Positions 30,689-40,380 of a DNA stretch of 64,000 nt are shown piece after piece (the first letter of the stretch is position 1; every line of letters begins with the position of its first letter). The stretch lies in assembly GCA_963764165.1 (NCBI GenBank), contig CAVXRD010000002.1:928001-992000 (forward strand). The letters run 5' to 3'. Origin of the DNA: an uncultured Verrucomicrobiae bacterium. Lineage in GTDB: Bacteria > Verrucomicrobiota > Verrucomicrobiia > Limisphaerales > Palsa-1400. A program made the position numbers and the translations under genes. A model generated the notes under the pieces. That model was given only the letters and a program-made list of their open reading frames with translations. It ran no database searches and was not told where the DNA came from.

Positions 30689-31849
30689 ATGAAAAATCTC
30701 TGGTTCACGTCAATCGGGACAGCCACAACGATGGTTTTATGCGGCTGCAACTTTCACATCGGCACCAACGTCTCCTTTTCTTCCGGCGATCTGAAATCGA
30801 AAACAAATCTCGTCGAAACCGCGGCGATTCCCGCCAGCGTCAAATCGCTCGAGGTCGTCAATGCCTTCGGCAATGTTCGGATTATCGGATCTGATGGCGC
30901 CGCGGAGACCGGGTGGACGCAGAAACTGGAAGTGCGCGCCAAGACGGATGCGGCTCTCCAAATGGCCACCAACTTTGTGTGCCGCGCTGAACTCGACGGC
31001 GACCATTTGAAACTCATTGTCTCCACGCCAAACATTTCCGAGCCCCATAGCTTCCAATCCGAATTGGAAATTTCCATTCCGAAATCCGTCTCGGTTAAAA
31101 TGCGCAATCAATATGGCCGCAGCGATATCAAAGACATCAACAGCACCGTCGACGCGGCATCGCAATTTGGCGAGATGCGCCTCGGCGACATCAGCGGAAC
31201 GGTGCGCGCGGAAACATCGTATGGCTCGATGGTCATCGGACGCACCGGCGCCGCCAAGTTGCGGAATTCATTTGGCGCGATTGACGCGGCGGAAATTCGC
31301 GGCTCGCTGGAAGCCGAAACGAGTTACGGCCCGCTCGACGCGCGGGACATCGACGGCACAGTCAAGGCGCACAACCAATTCGGGCGCGTCCGCGTCGAGA
31401 AGGCCGGCCAGGCGGATTTGAAAACATCGTATGGCGACCTGAGCGCCAAACAAATCAAAGGCGATGCCCTCTTGATTAACCGATTTGGCCGCGTTGATGC
31501 GAACGACATCACAGGCTCAGTCAAGGCGGAGACTTCCTACGGGCCGATGGATATAGCGGGGCCGGGAACCAATTTTATATGTGACAACCAGTTTGGCAGT
31601 CTATCCGTGCGCGCGACCTCCTCGGTTTCCAACCTCGAGGCGCACACCAGTTACGCGAAATTGGAAGTGAGGCTGCCCTCCTCGGTGAAGCCGTTCGTCC
31701 AGGCCCACACCAGCTACGGAGATATTGATTCGGATTTTCCGATGATTGTGAAACCGCACGGGAAGGGCATTCCGGCGGACGATTCTCCCAGCGGCCCGCG
31801 AGTCGATTTGCGCAACCAGAACGGAAACATCCGCGTGGTGCGGGAATAG
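30689..31849 (+). CDS. DUF4097-like beta-strand repeat lipoprotein
   Basis: Lipobox VLCGC; alternating TSYG and N-x-FG repeats. Confidence 0.8.
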   Translation: MKNLWFTSIGTATTMVLCGCNFHIGTNVSFSSGDLKSKTNLVETAAIPASVKSLEVVNAFGNVRIIGSDGAAETGWTQKLEVRAKTDAALQMATNFVCRAELDGDHLKLIVSTPNISEPHSFQSELEISIPKSVSVKMRNQYGRSDIKDINSTVDAASQFGEMRLGDISGTVRAETSYGSMVIGRTGAAKLRNSFGAIDAAEIRGSLEAETSYGPLDARDIDGTVKAHNQFGRVRVEKAGQADLKTSYGDLSAKQIKGDALLINRFGRVDANDITGSVKAETSYGPMDIAGPGTNFICDNQFGSLSVRATSSVSNLEAHTSYAKLEVRLPSSVKPFVQAHTSYGDIDSDFPMIVKPHGKGIPADDSPSGPRVDLRNQNGNIRVVRE

Positions 31850-31916
31850 GCCGTTGTCATTGAGCGAAAGGCGGGCAGGCGCTTGAGGAACAAGTGTTTT
31901 ATGGGAAAATTCCCGT

Positions 31917-32189
31917 GTGACGACTGTTGCCAAAGCTGATAAAAGCCGGCTGACCATTCGGGGTTTGGTGGATGGCCAGCACTGCATTGTCCGCGAACAG
32001 CCCGGCGGATGGTTTATCACGCCCGAGAAAACGCATCGCGTCAAAAGGTAAGGCATGAGCGCGGATGCGTTTGCCAAACTCCGCCGCGCCCGCAAACCGT
32101 TGGGCGCTGACACCGCCAGGGAAATCTCCGCCAATCTCGCCGCCATTGAAAAGGCGGGTGTTCGAGACGGGCTGGGGCTGCAAATGTAG
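31917..32189 (+). pseudogene. Possible decayed AbrB/MazE-like antitoxin with an in-frame TAA at 32049
   Basis: MTTVAKADKSRLTIRGLVDGQHCIVREQPGGWFITPE...KR*GMSADAFAKL...; the frame stays open after the stop. Confidence 0.4.
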
Positions 32190-32292
32190 TTTCCCGATCT
32201 GGATGCTGGTGCATGCGCTCTTCATATCGAATGTTTCGCCCTGCTTGCTTTTGTCTTGGGAATCTGTTGCCCTTTTCTAGATTTATAAATCC

Positions 32293-32652
32293 ATGGCCAA
32301 CGCGCAGCTACATCCGAGATTGCGAATTCTTGTCGGGAAACAAATCGCCTTGGGGCCGGGCAAGGTGAAATTGCTGGAGAAACTCAGCGAAACCGGCTCC
32401 ATCACCGCCGCCGCCAAGGAACTCGCCATGTCCTACATGCGCGCCTGGACGCTGATTCGCACGATGAACGCCTGTTTCAAAAAGCCGCTGGTTTCCGCCT
32501 CGCACGGCGGGCCACGAGGCGGGGGCGGCGCAAAACTCACAGCCACTGGCAGGAAAGTGCTCCAGTTGTATCGCGAAATGGAACAGCACTCCCTTCGCGC
32601 CGCCGATCCTTCATGGAATCAAATTCAAAAGCTGCTCGCAAAGCAATCATGA
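32293..32652 (+). CDS. ModE N-terminal-type winged-helix regulator
   Basis: LGPGK..LL..L.ETGSITAAAKELAMSYMRAW, GGGA.LT; no TOBE domains. Confidence 0.88.
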   Translation: MANAQLHPRLRILVGKQIALGPGKVKLLEKLSETGSITAAAKELAMSYMRAWTLIRTMNACFKKPLVSASHGGPRGGGGAKLTATGRKVLQLYREMEQHSLRAADPSWNQIQKLLAKQS

Positions 32653-32746
32653 TTAATCTTAATAATTAGATAGTGTGATTTAATCCGAGGCAGCAAAGCC
32701 CACGCCTGCTTGCGTTTCGCCCATGATTGGCCGATATTCGGGCGGT

Positions 32747-33664
32747 GTGAATCTTTCCGTTACGGAATTGACAGACAAACTCATCGCCTCCTACGCCCGG
32801 GTCGGAGGCATAAACCATCTTGACGGCAAAAACCTGCCGTCCAAGACTGCCATCTCGTCGATTTCCTGCGATCTGCTCCGCCTCCTTTTTCCCGGTTTCT
32901 TCGATGACAAATCCATCCATTCCTCGCAATTGAAAGTCGAGACGGCGACATTGATGGATTCCATTCTCGGCCGCCTGGCGGATGAAATTTACAAAAGCCT
33001 CGAATACGCCGCGCCCGAAAAAAGCATCGACTCGCGCGACACGGCCCGGCTGGCGCATTCCCTGACGCTCGATTTTCTGGGCAATTTGCCGCGCGTGCGC
33101 GACCTTCTGCAAACGGACACCGAAGCCGCCTACCAAGGCGACCCAGCGGCATTGAGCAAGGAGGAAGTAATTGTCGCCTACCCATTCATTGAGGCCATCG
33201 CTGTTCAACGGTTGGCGCACGAGCTGTACCTTCAGCACATACCTCTCATTCCGCGCATTATGACCGAATGGGCGCATGGCCGCACCGGCATCGATTTGCA
33301 TCCGGGCGCCGACATTGGCTCTCATTTCTTCATCGACCACGGCACCGGGACGGTGATTGGCGAGACGGCGACCATCGGCAAACACGTAAAGATGTACCAG
33401 GGCGTCGGGTTAGTGGCCAGATCGCTTTCGGGCGGCCAATCGCTGAAAGGCCAGAAACGACATCCGACCATCGAAGACAACGTCACCATTTATGCCAATG
33501 CCACCATCGTGGGTGGTGAGACGATCATTGGGGCGGGCAGCACGATCGGGGCGAGCGTCTTTTTGACGCATAGCGTCCCCCCGGATTCGCTGGTGACGCA
33601 CGAGAAAAAGGACATAAAGGTGACCAAAAAACAGGATAAAGGCCGAAGCGACTTCCAAATTTAG
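32747..33664 (+). CDS. cysE: Serine O-acetyltransferase (EpsC-type)
   Basis: GDPAA, TGIDLHPGA, FFIDHGTGTVIGET, KRHPTIED. Confidence 0.9.
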   Translation: MNLSVTELTDKLIASYARVGGINHLDGKNLPSKTAISSISCDLLRLLFPGFFDDKSIHSSQLKVETATLMDSILGRLADEIYKSLEYAAPEKSIDSRDTARLAHSLTLDFLGNLPRVRDLLQTDTEAAYQGDPAALSKEEVIVAYPFIEAIAVQRLAHELYLQHIPLIPRIMTEWAHGRTGIDLHPGADIGSHFFIDHGTGTVIGETATIGKHVKMYQGVGLVARSLSGGQSLKGQKRHPTIEDNVTIYANATIVGGETIIGAGSTIGASVFLTHSVPPDSLVTHEKKDIKVTKKQDKGRSDFQI

Positions 33665-33720
33665 CATATTGGAGTAACCTCTTCCTGACTTTTCGTGTCT
33701 AAAGAGGAGTGCCAGCAATA

Positions 33721-35283
33721 ATGGACACCATTAGAATATGCCGGTTGTGCAAAGCGCCCATTCCAATGGACGCAGCCGCCACTGCGTGTCCCGAATGCGG
33801 CACCTCCATCACCGCCAATCCGGTGCTGGACCCGCTCGAACCCCAATTGATTGCGCCAACACCGGCGGAACTCTCCCCGTTTTTTCCCGGCCTGGAGATC
33901 CTCGAAGTCGCCGGCCAGGGTGGGATGGGCACCATTTACAAGGCCCGCCAGCCGCAGTTGGATCGCATGGTGGCCCTGAAAGTCCTCTCGCCCGAATTGG
34001 GGCGCGACCCTGCTTTTGCCTTCCGTTTTTCCCGCGAGGCCCAGGCTCTGGCCAAGCTCAATCACACCAATATCGTCAGCGTTTACGATTTTGGCCAGGC
34101 CGGCGGTTACTATTACTTTTTGATGGAATACGTCGACGGCGTCACGCTGCGATCGTTGATGGACCAGAAACAGGTTCCGCCGGAGGAGGCGCACCGGATC
34201 GTTATCGAAGTTTGCCATGCCTTGCAATACGCGCACGATGAAGGAATCGTTCACCGGGACATCAAGCCGTCCAATTTGCTGGTCGACAAAAAGGGCCGGA
34301 TCAAGATTGCCGATTTCGGGCTGGCCAGCTTGATCGAGCGCGATGCGTCGGACATGCGCGATGGCGCGCCAATGATGGTCGTGATGGGCACGCCGCAATA
34401 CATGGCGCCCGAACAAATTCACGATCCGCACAAAGTGGATGGCAGGGCGGATATCTACGCGCTGGGCGTGGTGCTTTACGAGATGTTGACGGGCCATTTG
34501 CCCCGGGAGCCGCTCAAGCTTCCCTCCCAGGCGTCCGCCGCCCATTCGCACCTCGACGAGATCGTTTTGAAGTCGTTGGAAAAGAGGCCCCGCCGGCGTT
34601 ACCGCACGGCCAGTGAATTTCGCTCGGCGGTGGAAACGGCCACCGGGAAGTTTCACAATTTCCCCGGCGACATGCGGCAAGCCAAGCGGCGAAAATGGAA
34701 GTGGCTGCCGCGCTTCGTGATCACCACTGGCGCAATCTGGCTGGTGGTGGTGACGGCGATTTTATTCAAAGATCATTGGGGCGATGAAAAAACAGTGGCG
34801 ATCCCCATCGGCGCGCTGGAAGCGTTTGCGGCCGGACCGGAGGGCAACGGCATCGGGCGCCGCGTGATTACGGATTTGAATTTGAGCCCGATGCAGACCC
34901 AGGACCTGAACCGGATTTTGAAAAAGTACCAACAGGATTTTCATAATCTGGAGCTGCGCCATACCTCGCGTGAAACCAATGCCAACGGCCACGTCGTCGT
35001 GACAATCAAGCCGTTTCCAGACGAGATGGACAAGTTGCTCAACCGCATGTGGGCAACGATGGGCCCCGTCCTGACGTCAAGCCAGTTGGCGGGGGCGCGG
35101 AACTCCCATTTTGAGCGATTTTTTCCTCATAGCGGGCTCCGTCCGGTCATTGTGGAGGTTTGGAAAGACGAAAATTCCGATGACTTCCATTACATCGAAA
35201 AGAGCCCCGGGGCGGCGCCGACGAATGCCAACCCAAACCGCTATCGGGGGTTTATCCGCGACAGCCAGAAAACGAATCATTGA
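33721..35283 (+). CDS. Membrane Ser/Thr protein kinase with N-terminal Zn ribbon
   Basis: CxxC...CxxC, GQGGMG, VALK, HRDIKPSN, DFG, YMAPE, one TM. Confidence 0.92.
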   Translation: MDTIRICRLCKAPIPMDAAATACPECGTSITANPVLDPLEPQLIAPTPAELSPFFPGLEILEVAGQGGMGTIYKARQPQLDRMVALKVLSPELGRDPAFAFRFSREAQALAKLNHTNIVSVYDFGQAGGYYYFLMEYVDGVTLRSLMDQKQVPPEEAHRIVIEVCHALQYAHDEGIVHRDIKPSNLLVDKKGRIKIADFGLASLIERDASDMRDGAPMMVVMGTPQYMAPEQIHDPHKVDGRADIYALGVVLYEMLTGHLPREPLKLPSQASAAHSHLDEIVLKSLEKRPRRRYRTASEFRSAVETATGKFHNFPGDMRQAKRRKWKWLPRFVITTGAIWLVVVTAILFKDHWGDEKTVAIPIGALEAFAAGPEGNGIGRRVITDLNLSPMQTQDLNRILKKYQQDFHNLELRHTSRETNANGHVVVTIKPFPDEMDKLLNRMWATMGPVLTSSQLAGARNSHFERFFPHSGLRPVIVEVWKDENSDDFHYIEKSPGAAPTNANPNRYRGFIRDSQKTNH

Positions 35284-35287
35284 GGCG

Positions 35288-36451
35288 ATGTTTCAGGAAG
35301 CCGCCATCGAGCATCTCTATGTTCACGTCCCGTTTTGCGCGAAAAAATGCGCCTACTGCGCCTTCTATTCCGAGGCCGGTGATGGCGAATTGATCCAGCG
35401 TTATGTCGATGCGCTCATTGCCGAATTGAAAATGACGGCAGGCGATTTGAATCCAACAACCATTTTTTTCGGCGGCGGCACGCCTTCGCTTTTGAACCTC
35501 CGCCAATGGGAGCAGATTCTGCAAACCATTCAAGCCTTCCCCTGGAATCCCGCGCGGGAATGGACCGTCGAGTGCAATCCCGCCACTGTTTCCCTTGACA
35601 AGGCCCGGCTGCTGCGCGAAGGAGGTGTCAATCGAATTTCCATGGGCGCCCAGTCGTTCGACGAAACGCTGCTGGATAAGCTGGGGCGCGTCCACAGCCG
35701 CGAAATGATTTTCAAATCCTTCAACACCCTGCGCGCCGCCGGCTTCGACAATCTAAACGTCGATCTGATGTTCGCCATCCCCGGCCAGACGATGGAAACA
35801 TGGCGCAAGACATTGGCGGAAGCGCAATCACTCGGCAGCGAGCACATGTCCTGCTATGAAGTGATTTACGAGGAGGACACGCCGCTTTTTGACGAGCTGC
35901 GATCCGGCGCGATCCGCGAGGACGAAGATTTGGCCTGCGCCATGTATGAGGAGCTTCTCGGCGCGATGGCCTCTGGCGGTTTTCGCCAATACGAAGTGGC
36001 GAACTTTGCGAAGCATTCGGGCGCGGGCGATTCGGAAGTTCCAGACCGCGCGTGCCGCCACAATGTCAACTATTGGCGCGGCGGTTCGTTTTACGGTTTG
36101 GGGCCAAGCGCCGCCGGCTATGTGCGCGGCATTCGGACGCGCAATTGGTCCAGCACGAAATTGTATTGCTACCAACTGGAAAGCGGTAAGCGCGCCATCG
36201 AATTCTCAGAGGAACTCCCGCCGCTGGCCCGCGCCGGCGAACTGGCCGCTTTCGGCCTGCGCATGAACGCGGGCTGGCCGCTTGAGCAATTCCGCCGGCG
36301 CACCGGATTTGAGCTGCCCATCGAATGGAAACCGGAAATCGAGCGGATGATCGAGCTTGGCTACGGCAAGTTGAACCGCGATAGATTTCATTTGACAGAC
36401 ATGGGTTTGCGTTACGCGGATTGGGCGGGCTCGGAATTCCTGAGAAGTTAA
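35288..36451 (+). CDS. hemW: Radical SAM heme chaperone HemW
   Basis: LYVHVPFCAKKCAYCAF, FFGGGTPS, YEVANF, HNVNYW. Confidence 0.9.
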   Translation: MFQEAAIEHLYVHVPFCAKKCAYCAFYSEAGDGELIQRYVDALIAELKMTAGDLNPTTIFFGGGTPSLLNLRQWEQILQTIQAFPWNPAREWTVECNPATVSLDKARLLREGGVNRISMGAQSFDETLLDKLGRVHSREMIFKSFNTLRAAGFDNLNVDLMFAIPGQTMETWRKTLAEAQSLGSEHMSCYEVIYEEDTPLFDELRSGAIREDEDLACAMYEELLGAMASGGFRQYEVANFAKHSGAGDSEVPDRACRHNVNYWRGGSFYGLGPSAAGYVRGIRTRNWSSTKLYCYQLESGKRAIEFSEELPPLARAGELAAFGLRMNAGWPLEQFRRRTGFELPIEWKPEIERMIELGYGKLNRDRFHLTDMGLRYADWAGSEFLRS

Positions 36452-36452
36452 A

Positions 36453-36933
36453 GGCAGGGACGCTTCTGGGAAGCCGAACTTCGGCCCGAGGCATCCGGGG
36501 TGTGAATTCCCCTTAACGAAATTCGCGCATTAAACCCATGAACTCGATAGGGCGAGGCTCCTGCCGAGCCATGCCTTGCTTGATCTTTGCACGCGTCTCC
36601 GCCGGAGCGCGGCTGTGTCGAAGACCAGCCGCAGCCACGGCAAACGGAGAGGCACGCTGGTGAATTCGAACGCTGCCGCGGCTCGTCTTCGACACAGCCG
36701 TATCTCCGTTTTGGGGTCTGGGTGATCTCCGGCGGAAACGAGTGCAAGTATGCGAAAGGCATGGCTCGGGCAGGAGACCCCAACCAACGAATTGGTGAGA
36801 AGTTTCGACGAACAAATTTCGCCTTTGGTGGTAGGGACGCCTCGCCGAGGCCTCCGGTTGCGCGTGGAAGTTTTTGTGGGCCGCACCGTTCAATGACGCC
36901 TCACCCCGGACGCCTAGGCGAGGCGTCCCTGCC
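36453..36933. repeat. Nested composite of REP/REPIN families A, B and C between convergent hemW and tilS
   Basis: Outer GGCAGGGACGC...GCGTCCCTGCC; inner family C arms at 36549-36577 and 36756-36786; family B at 36604-36707; extra family A arm at 36830-36856. Confidence 0.78.
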
Positions 36934-38298
36934 TTAGCTTTCTGCCCTGCGCCAGTGCCATTTCAGTCTGGACTGTGTCTTCGCGTTCAGTTTAAACAGC
37001 TCGGAAATTCGCAGGCCTTCCACCCAAAAGATCTGCCCATTTTCCGCCTCGGCAACAACAAGGCGATGGCGCTCGTCGCGTGGAATTTTCGCGTTGGCAA
37101 ATAAATCCTGCAACTTTACGCTCGCGGTCATGCCGGTGGGATGAAAACGATCTCCCCGCCGCCAGTGGCGGAGGCGAATGATTCGCCCGACTTTCCCGGC
37201 GTCGAAATACTCCGTGTTGGGCTGCCTCTCCAGTGCTTTGCCGCCCAACTTAACAAAATCCCAGTGAATCGCCAGACTGTCAAATACAGCCGCCCCGCCC
37301 GACGACGCCAATGCCAGCTCAATTTGGCTGCCGGCAAACATTTCACAGTGCCGGATCATTCCATCCGCGCCGCGAACAAATGATTGGTTTAATGCCGCCG
37401 CGACGAGCATTCCGGGATTCAGCCGCAGCGATTCGACAAGCTTGAAATCCGGCGCGCAGCCCAATCCCAGCAATTGACGATGGATGACATTGCGTTGCAC
37501 CGACGCTGGCAATGCGCCGAACCTGGCGCGCCGTTTGGCGAGCAGCCAATCGCAAGCGAGCCCTGCGCTCAACGCCGCATCGTCATTGATCATTTCCATC
37601 AATCCGAGCACGCGTTCTTCGAGGCGCGGTTGATAATCCGCCTTCAATAGCGGAAGCAGTTTGTGACGGATCCGATTTCTGGCGAAATCGAGCGTGGCGT
37701 TTGTTGAATCCTCAGAGAACGCCACTCCGGCCGCTTTGGCCATTCCGCGCAGCGTCTCCTTGGCTTGATCGAGAAATGGGCGAATAAGCGCAATGCGCGA
37801 ATCGGCGGGGGAGTCGCCCGTCCATTGCATTCCACCGAGTCCGCCGCTGCTGGTTCCCCGCAGCAGGCGCAGGAAAAATAGTTCAACTTGATCGTCGGCA
37901 TGATGCGCGACGGCGACGGTGAAGACTCCCAATTTCCGCGCCGTGCGGGCGAAGAATTGGTGGCGCAGATCGCGCCCCGCCATTTCAACAGAGATTCCGC
38001 GCCCTTTGGCGGCTTTCGCAACATCAGCCCGGCCCGCCACGCACCGCAATCCAAGTTTGGCCGCGCTGTTGCGAACGAGCGCTTCGTCCGCGTCCGCCGC
38101 CTTGCCGCGCAAACGATGGTTGAAATGGACAACAACCATTTTCCACTGATGCGCGCTCGAAAGGGAATGCAGGGCATGGAGCAAGAGCATCGAATCCAAG
38201 CCGCCGGAAACCGCAACCAACAGCGATGCGCCATCTCGAAGTAGATTTCGGCCAGCGAGGTTATTTTCGACGCCGCGAAGCCAGCGGCCAAACGGCAT
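36934..38298 (-). CDS. tilS: tRNA(Ile)-lysidine synthetase
   Basis: VAVSGGLDS, HFNHRLRG, AHHADDQVE, IRPFL, RNRIR, TilS_C domain. Confidence 0.95.
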   Translation of the reverse strand: MPFGRWLRGVENNLAGRNLLRDGASLLVAVSGGLDSMLLLHALHSLSSAHQWKMVVVHFNHRLRGKAADADEALVRNSAAKLGLRCVAGRADVAKAAKGRGISVEMAGRDLRHQFFARTARKLGVFTVAVAHHADDQVELFFLRLLRGTSSGGLGGMQWTGDSPADSRIALIRPFLDQAKETLRGMAKAAGVAFSEDSTNATLDFARNRIRHKLLPLLKADYQPRLEERVLGLMEMINDDAALSAGLACDWLLAKRRARFGALPASVQRNVIHRQLLGLGCAPDFKLVESLRLNPGMLVAAALNQSFVRGADGMIRHCEMFAGSQIELALASSGGAAVFDSLAIHWDFVKLGGKALERQPNTEYFDAGKVGRIIRLRHWRRGDRFHPTGMTASVKLQDLFANAKIPRDERHRLVVAEAENGQIFWVEGLRISELFKLNAKTQSRLKWHWRRAES

Positions 38299-39098
38299 TA
38301 AAGCCACGGGCTGGATGTTTCCGAAGGGGCGCCGGTCCAAAGGTTGCGGATCATGGCCCATATTTTGGCGCGAAGAAGATATGCCCGCTTTCTCCAGCCG
38401 CGATGCACAACCGGTTTCATGGCCTCGACTTTTCTGGCGGCGGCATCGACGGCCTTGCGGCAGCACTCGGCGGCGATGGCAAAATCGTATTCCAATTCCG
38501 GGTGATCCTTCAGCAATTCCATCAGCAAATGATAGCCGCGCGAATCGGCGGCGTTGACTTGCGTGGCCGCCACGAAGCATTGCGCCGCCTCGCGATAAAG
38601 CCCGATCCCGGTCAAGGCAATTCCCAAATTCTTGTAGCCGTTGGGCCGGTTCGGATCCATCTGGATGGCGCGGCGGCAATACGGCTCCGCATCGGAGAAG
38701 CGCTCCATGTTATTTAAGCAATAACCGAGGTTGTTATTGATGAAATACCAAGTCCACGTGTGCATCGGCTCCAGCGCCAGGGCTCTCTTGTAGTATCCGG
38801 CGGCGGATGCGAAATTCCCCACTTGTTCCATTGTCTGGCCCATCGTCAGCAGACACTTGGCGCGTTCTTCAAGATCGGACAGGAGGCAATATAACTGCTG
38901 AAGGCGCGTCATCGCCTTGCCGTTTTGGCGGGTCTGCTTGTAAAACAAAGCCAGTTGCCAGAGCGCCGAGGTGGGGTTGTTTTCAGCCTCTTTAAGCTTT
39001 CGAAGCAGGAAGGTCTCCATGTCTTCGTTGGACACCTCCACTAACGGCCCGGTGGGAGGCCGTGGAAATTCAAACCGGAACTTCAGGTCATTTTCCAT
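38298..39098 (-). CDS. Tetratricopeptide repeat protein
   Basis: TPR units (NNLGYCL, YKNLGIAL); TAATG overlap with tilS. Confidence 0.8.
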   Translation of the reverse strand: MENDLKFRFEFPRPPTGPLVEVSNEDMETFLLRKLKEAENNPTSALWQLALFYKQTRQNGKAMTRLQQLYCLLSDLEERAKCLLTMGQTMEQVGNFASAAGYYKRALALEPMHTWTWYFINNNLGYCLNNMERFSDAEPYCRRAIQMDPNRPNGYKNLGIALTGIGLYREAAQCFVAATQVNAADSRGYHLLMELLKDHPELEYDFAIAAECCRKAVDAAARKVEAMKPVVHRGWRKRAYLLRAKIWAMIRNLWTGAPSETSSPWL

Positions 39099-39230
39099 GT
39101 CCAAGAAACATTTCGTGGAATATTGCGCGCAATGCAAGAAGTTTTCAACGTCCCAGCCACTTTTTCACACTCTTGTAAGGGAATAGATTACCGACGCGAC
39201 ACTCCATGCAAAATCGCGTCAATCCCCGGA

Positions 39231-40034
39231 TCACGGAGCCAGGTGCTCCCGGTGCGGCAAATGGTCTCGATTCCATGCTGCGAGCGCGGCATCTGAAGTA
39301 TCGGCAAAAAGATAATCCAGCTTTAAGGCCGCTGTATGACCATCGCAAAAGGCGACGTTGGCGTTGCCAGAATGACGGGTCATTGCCCGGCGCGTGGAGG
39401 CCGTAAAATCATAACCCGCAAAAATGGGTGAAGAGGGCAAAGATCCACCGTTTCGGCGGAACACGGTGCCATCGACAATGACGCCTTGTCCGAAATCGCC
39501 CGTCAAAGCCTCGCCGATCGCCATCATGTCACTGGGCGCCGCAACTTCAGATTCTTTGACGGGCCCTCCATCTCCCCCGAGGCCAATCGGCGGCTGATCC
39601 GGCGGGGCAAGACCTTTGGCATTGTAGCCGTAGGAAGGATACGCCAAACTTGGAGGCAAACCCGCCGGACGCGGCGCCGAAGGGCAAACCCACACCCCCT
39701 CCTGCATATTTGAATAGCCTTCGGACGTGTGAGGGTTAAATCCTGTCTTCATTTCGCGTTCCAGGGCGGCCGCCCAATAAGTGGAATGCTCGCCCGACCA
39801 ATCGTTGGTGGAAGTCCAAATTGGCTGGGGATAGGCGTGATAACTGCTCAGAAATCCCTGCAGGGCCAAGCCAAGTTGGCGTGTGTTATTGGCGCATTGA
39901 GCCTGCTTCGCCTTCCTTTTGGCGGAGGAAAGCGCCGCCAGCAGCAAGGCCGCCAGAATTCCTATAATGGCGACGACAACGAGCAATTCGCTCAGCGTGA
40001 AAGCAGCTTGCCTATATTTTGGGGATGCTCGCAC
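39231..40034 (-). CDS. Prepilin-type N-terminal cleavage / H-X9-DG domain protein
   Basis: AFTLSELLVVVAIIGILAALL, QCANN.RQL, CPS, SYGYN, HSGNANVAFCDGH; GTG start inferred. Confidence 0.88.
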   Translation of the reverse strand: MRASPKYRQAAFTLSELLVVVAIIGILAALLLAALSSAKRKAKQAQCANNTRQLGLALQGFLSSYHAYPQPIWTSTNDWSGEHSTYWAAALEREMKTGFNPHTSEGYSNMQEGVWVCPSAPRPAGLPPSLAYPSYGYNAKGLAPPDQPPIGLGGDGGPVKESEVAAPSDMMAIGEALTGDFGQGVIVDGTVFRRNGGSLPSSPIFAGYDFTASTRRAMTRHSGNANVAFCDGHTAALKLDYLFADTSDAALAAWNRDHLPHREHLAP

Positions 40035-40380
40035 TTCAAATAGACAGGCTTGAAACCGTTGTGTCACGCGAGGTCCTGATTTCCAGCGCCGCGCGGACGC
40101 GCTCCCGAATGTTACCGATGCGCGCGATCTGTGGCCGATTTTGCCACCGATTATATCGTTGACAATCAACGATGTTGCATTTTTGAAATTATGCGCCTTC
40201 CGCCAAAATTCCGAGAATGAGGCCCGAAGCGCATGGCGCCAGCAGGAGGCTCTTTTCCCGAGTCCGGCCGTTCCAGATTCAATTTTCCGCAACTTTCTCT
40301 TAAAAATCGTGCATCCCCTTCCCGCGCCTTGCCTTGGTCCGTTTCGCGGGTTACTACTTAAACGATCGGTTTCTTGAGAA

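Noticed and set aside
36448..36937. Several 110-126 aa ORFs between hemW and tilS
   Set aside because: Translations of palindromic repeats, open in many frames on both strands.
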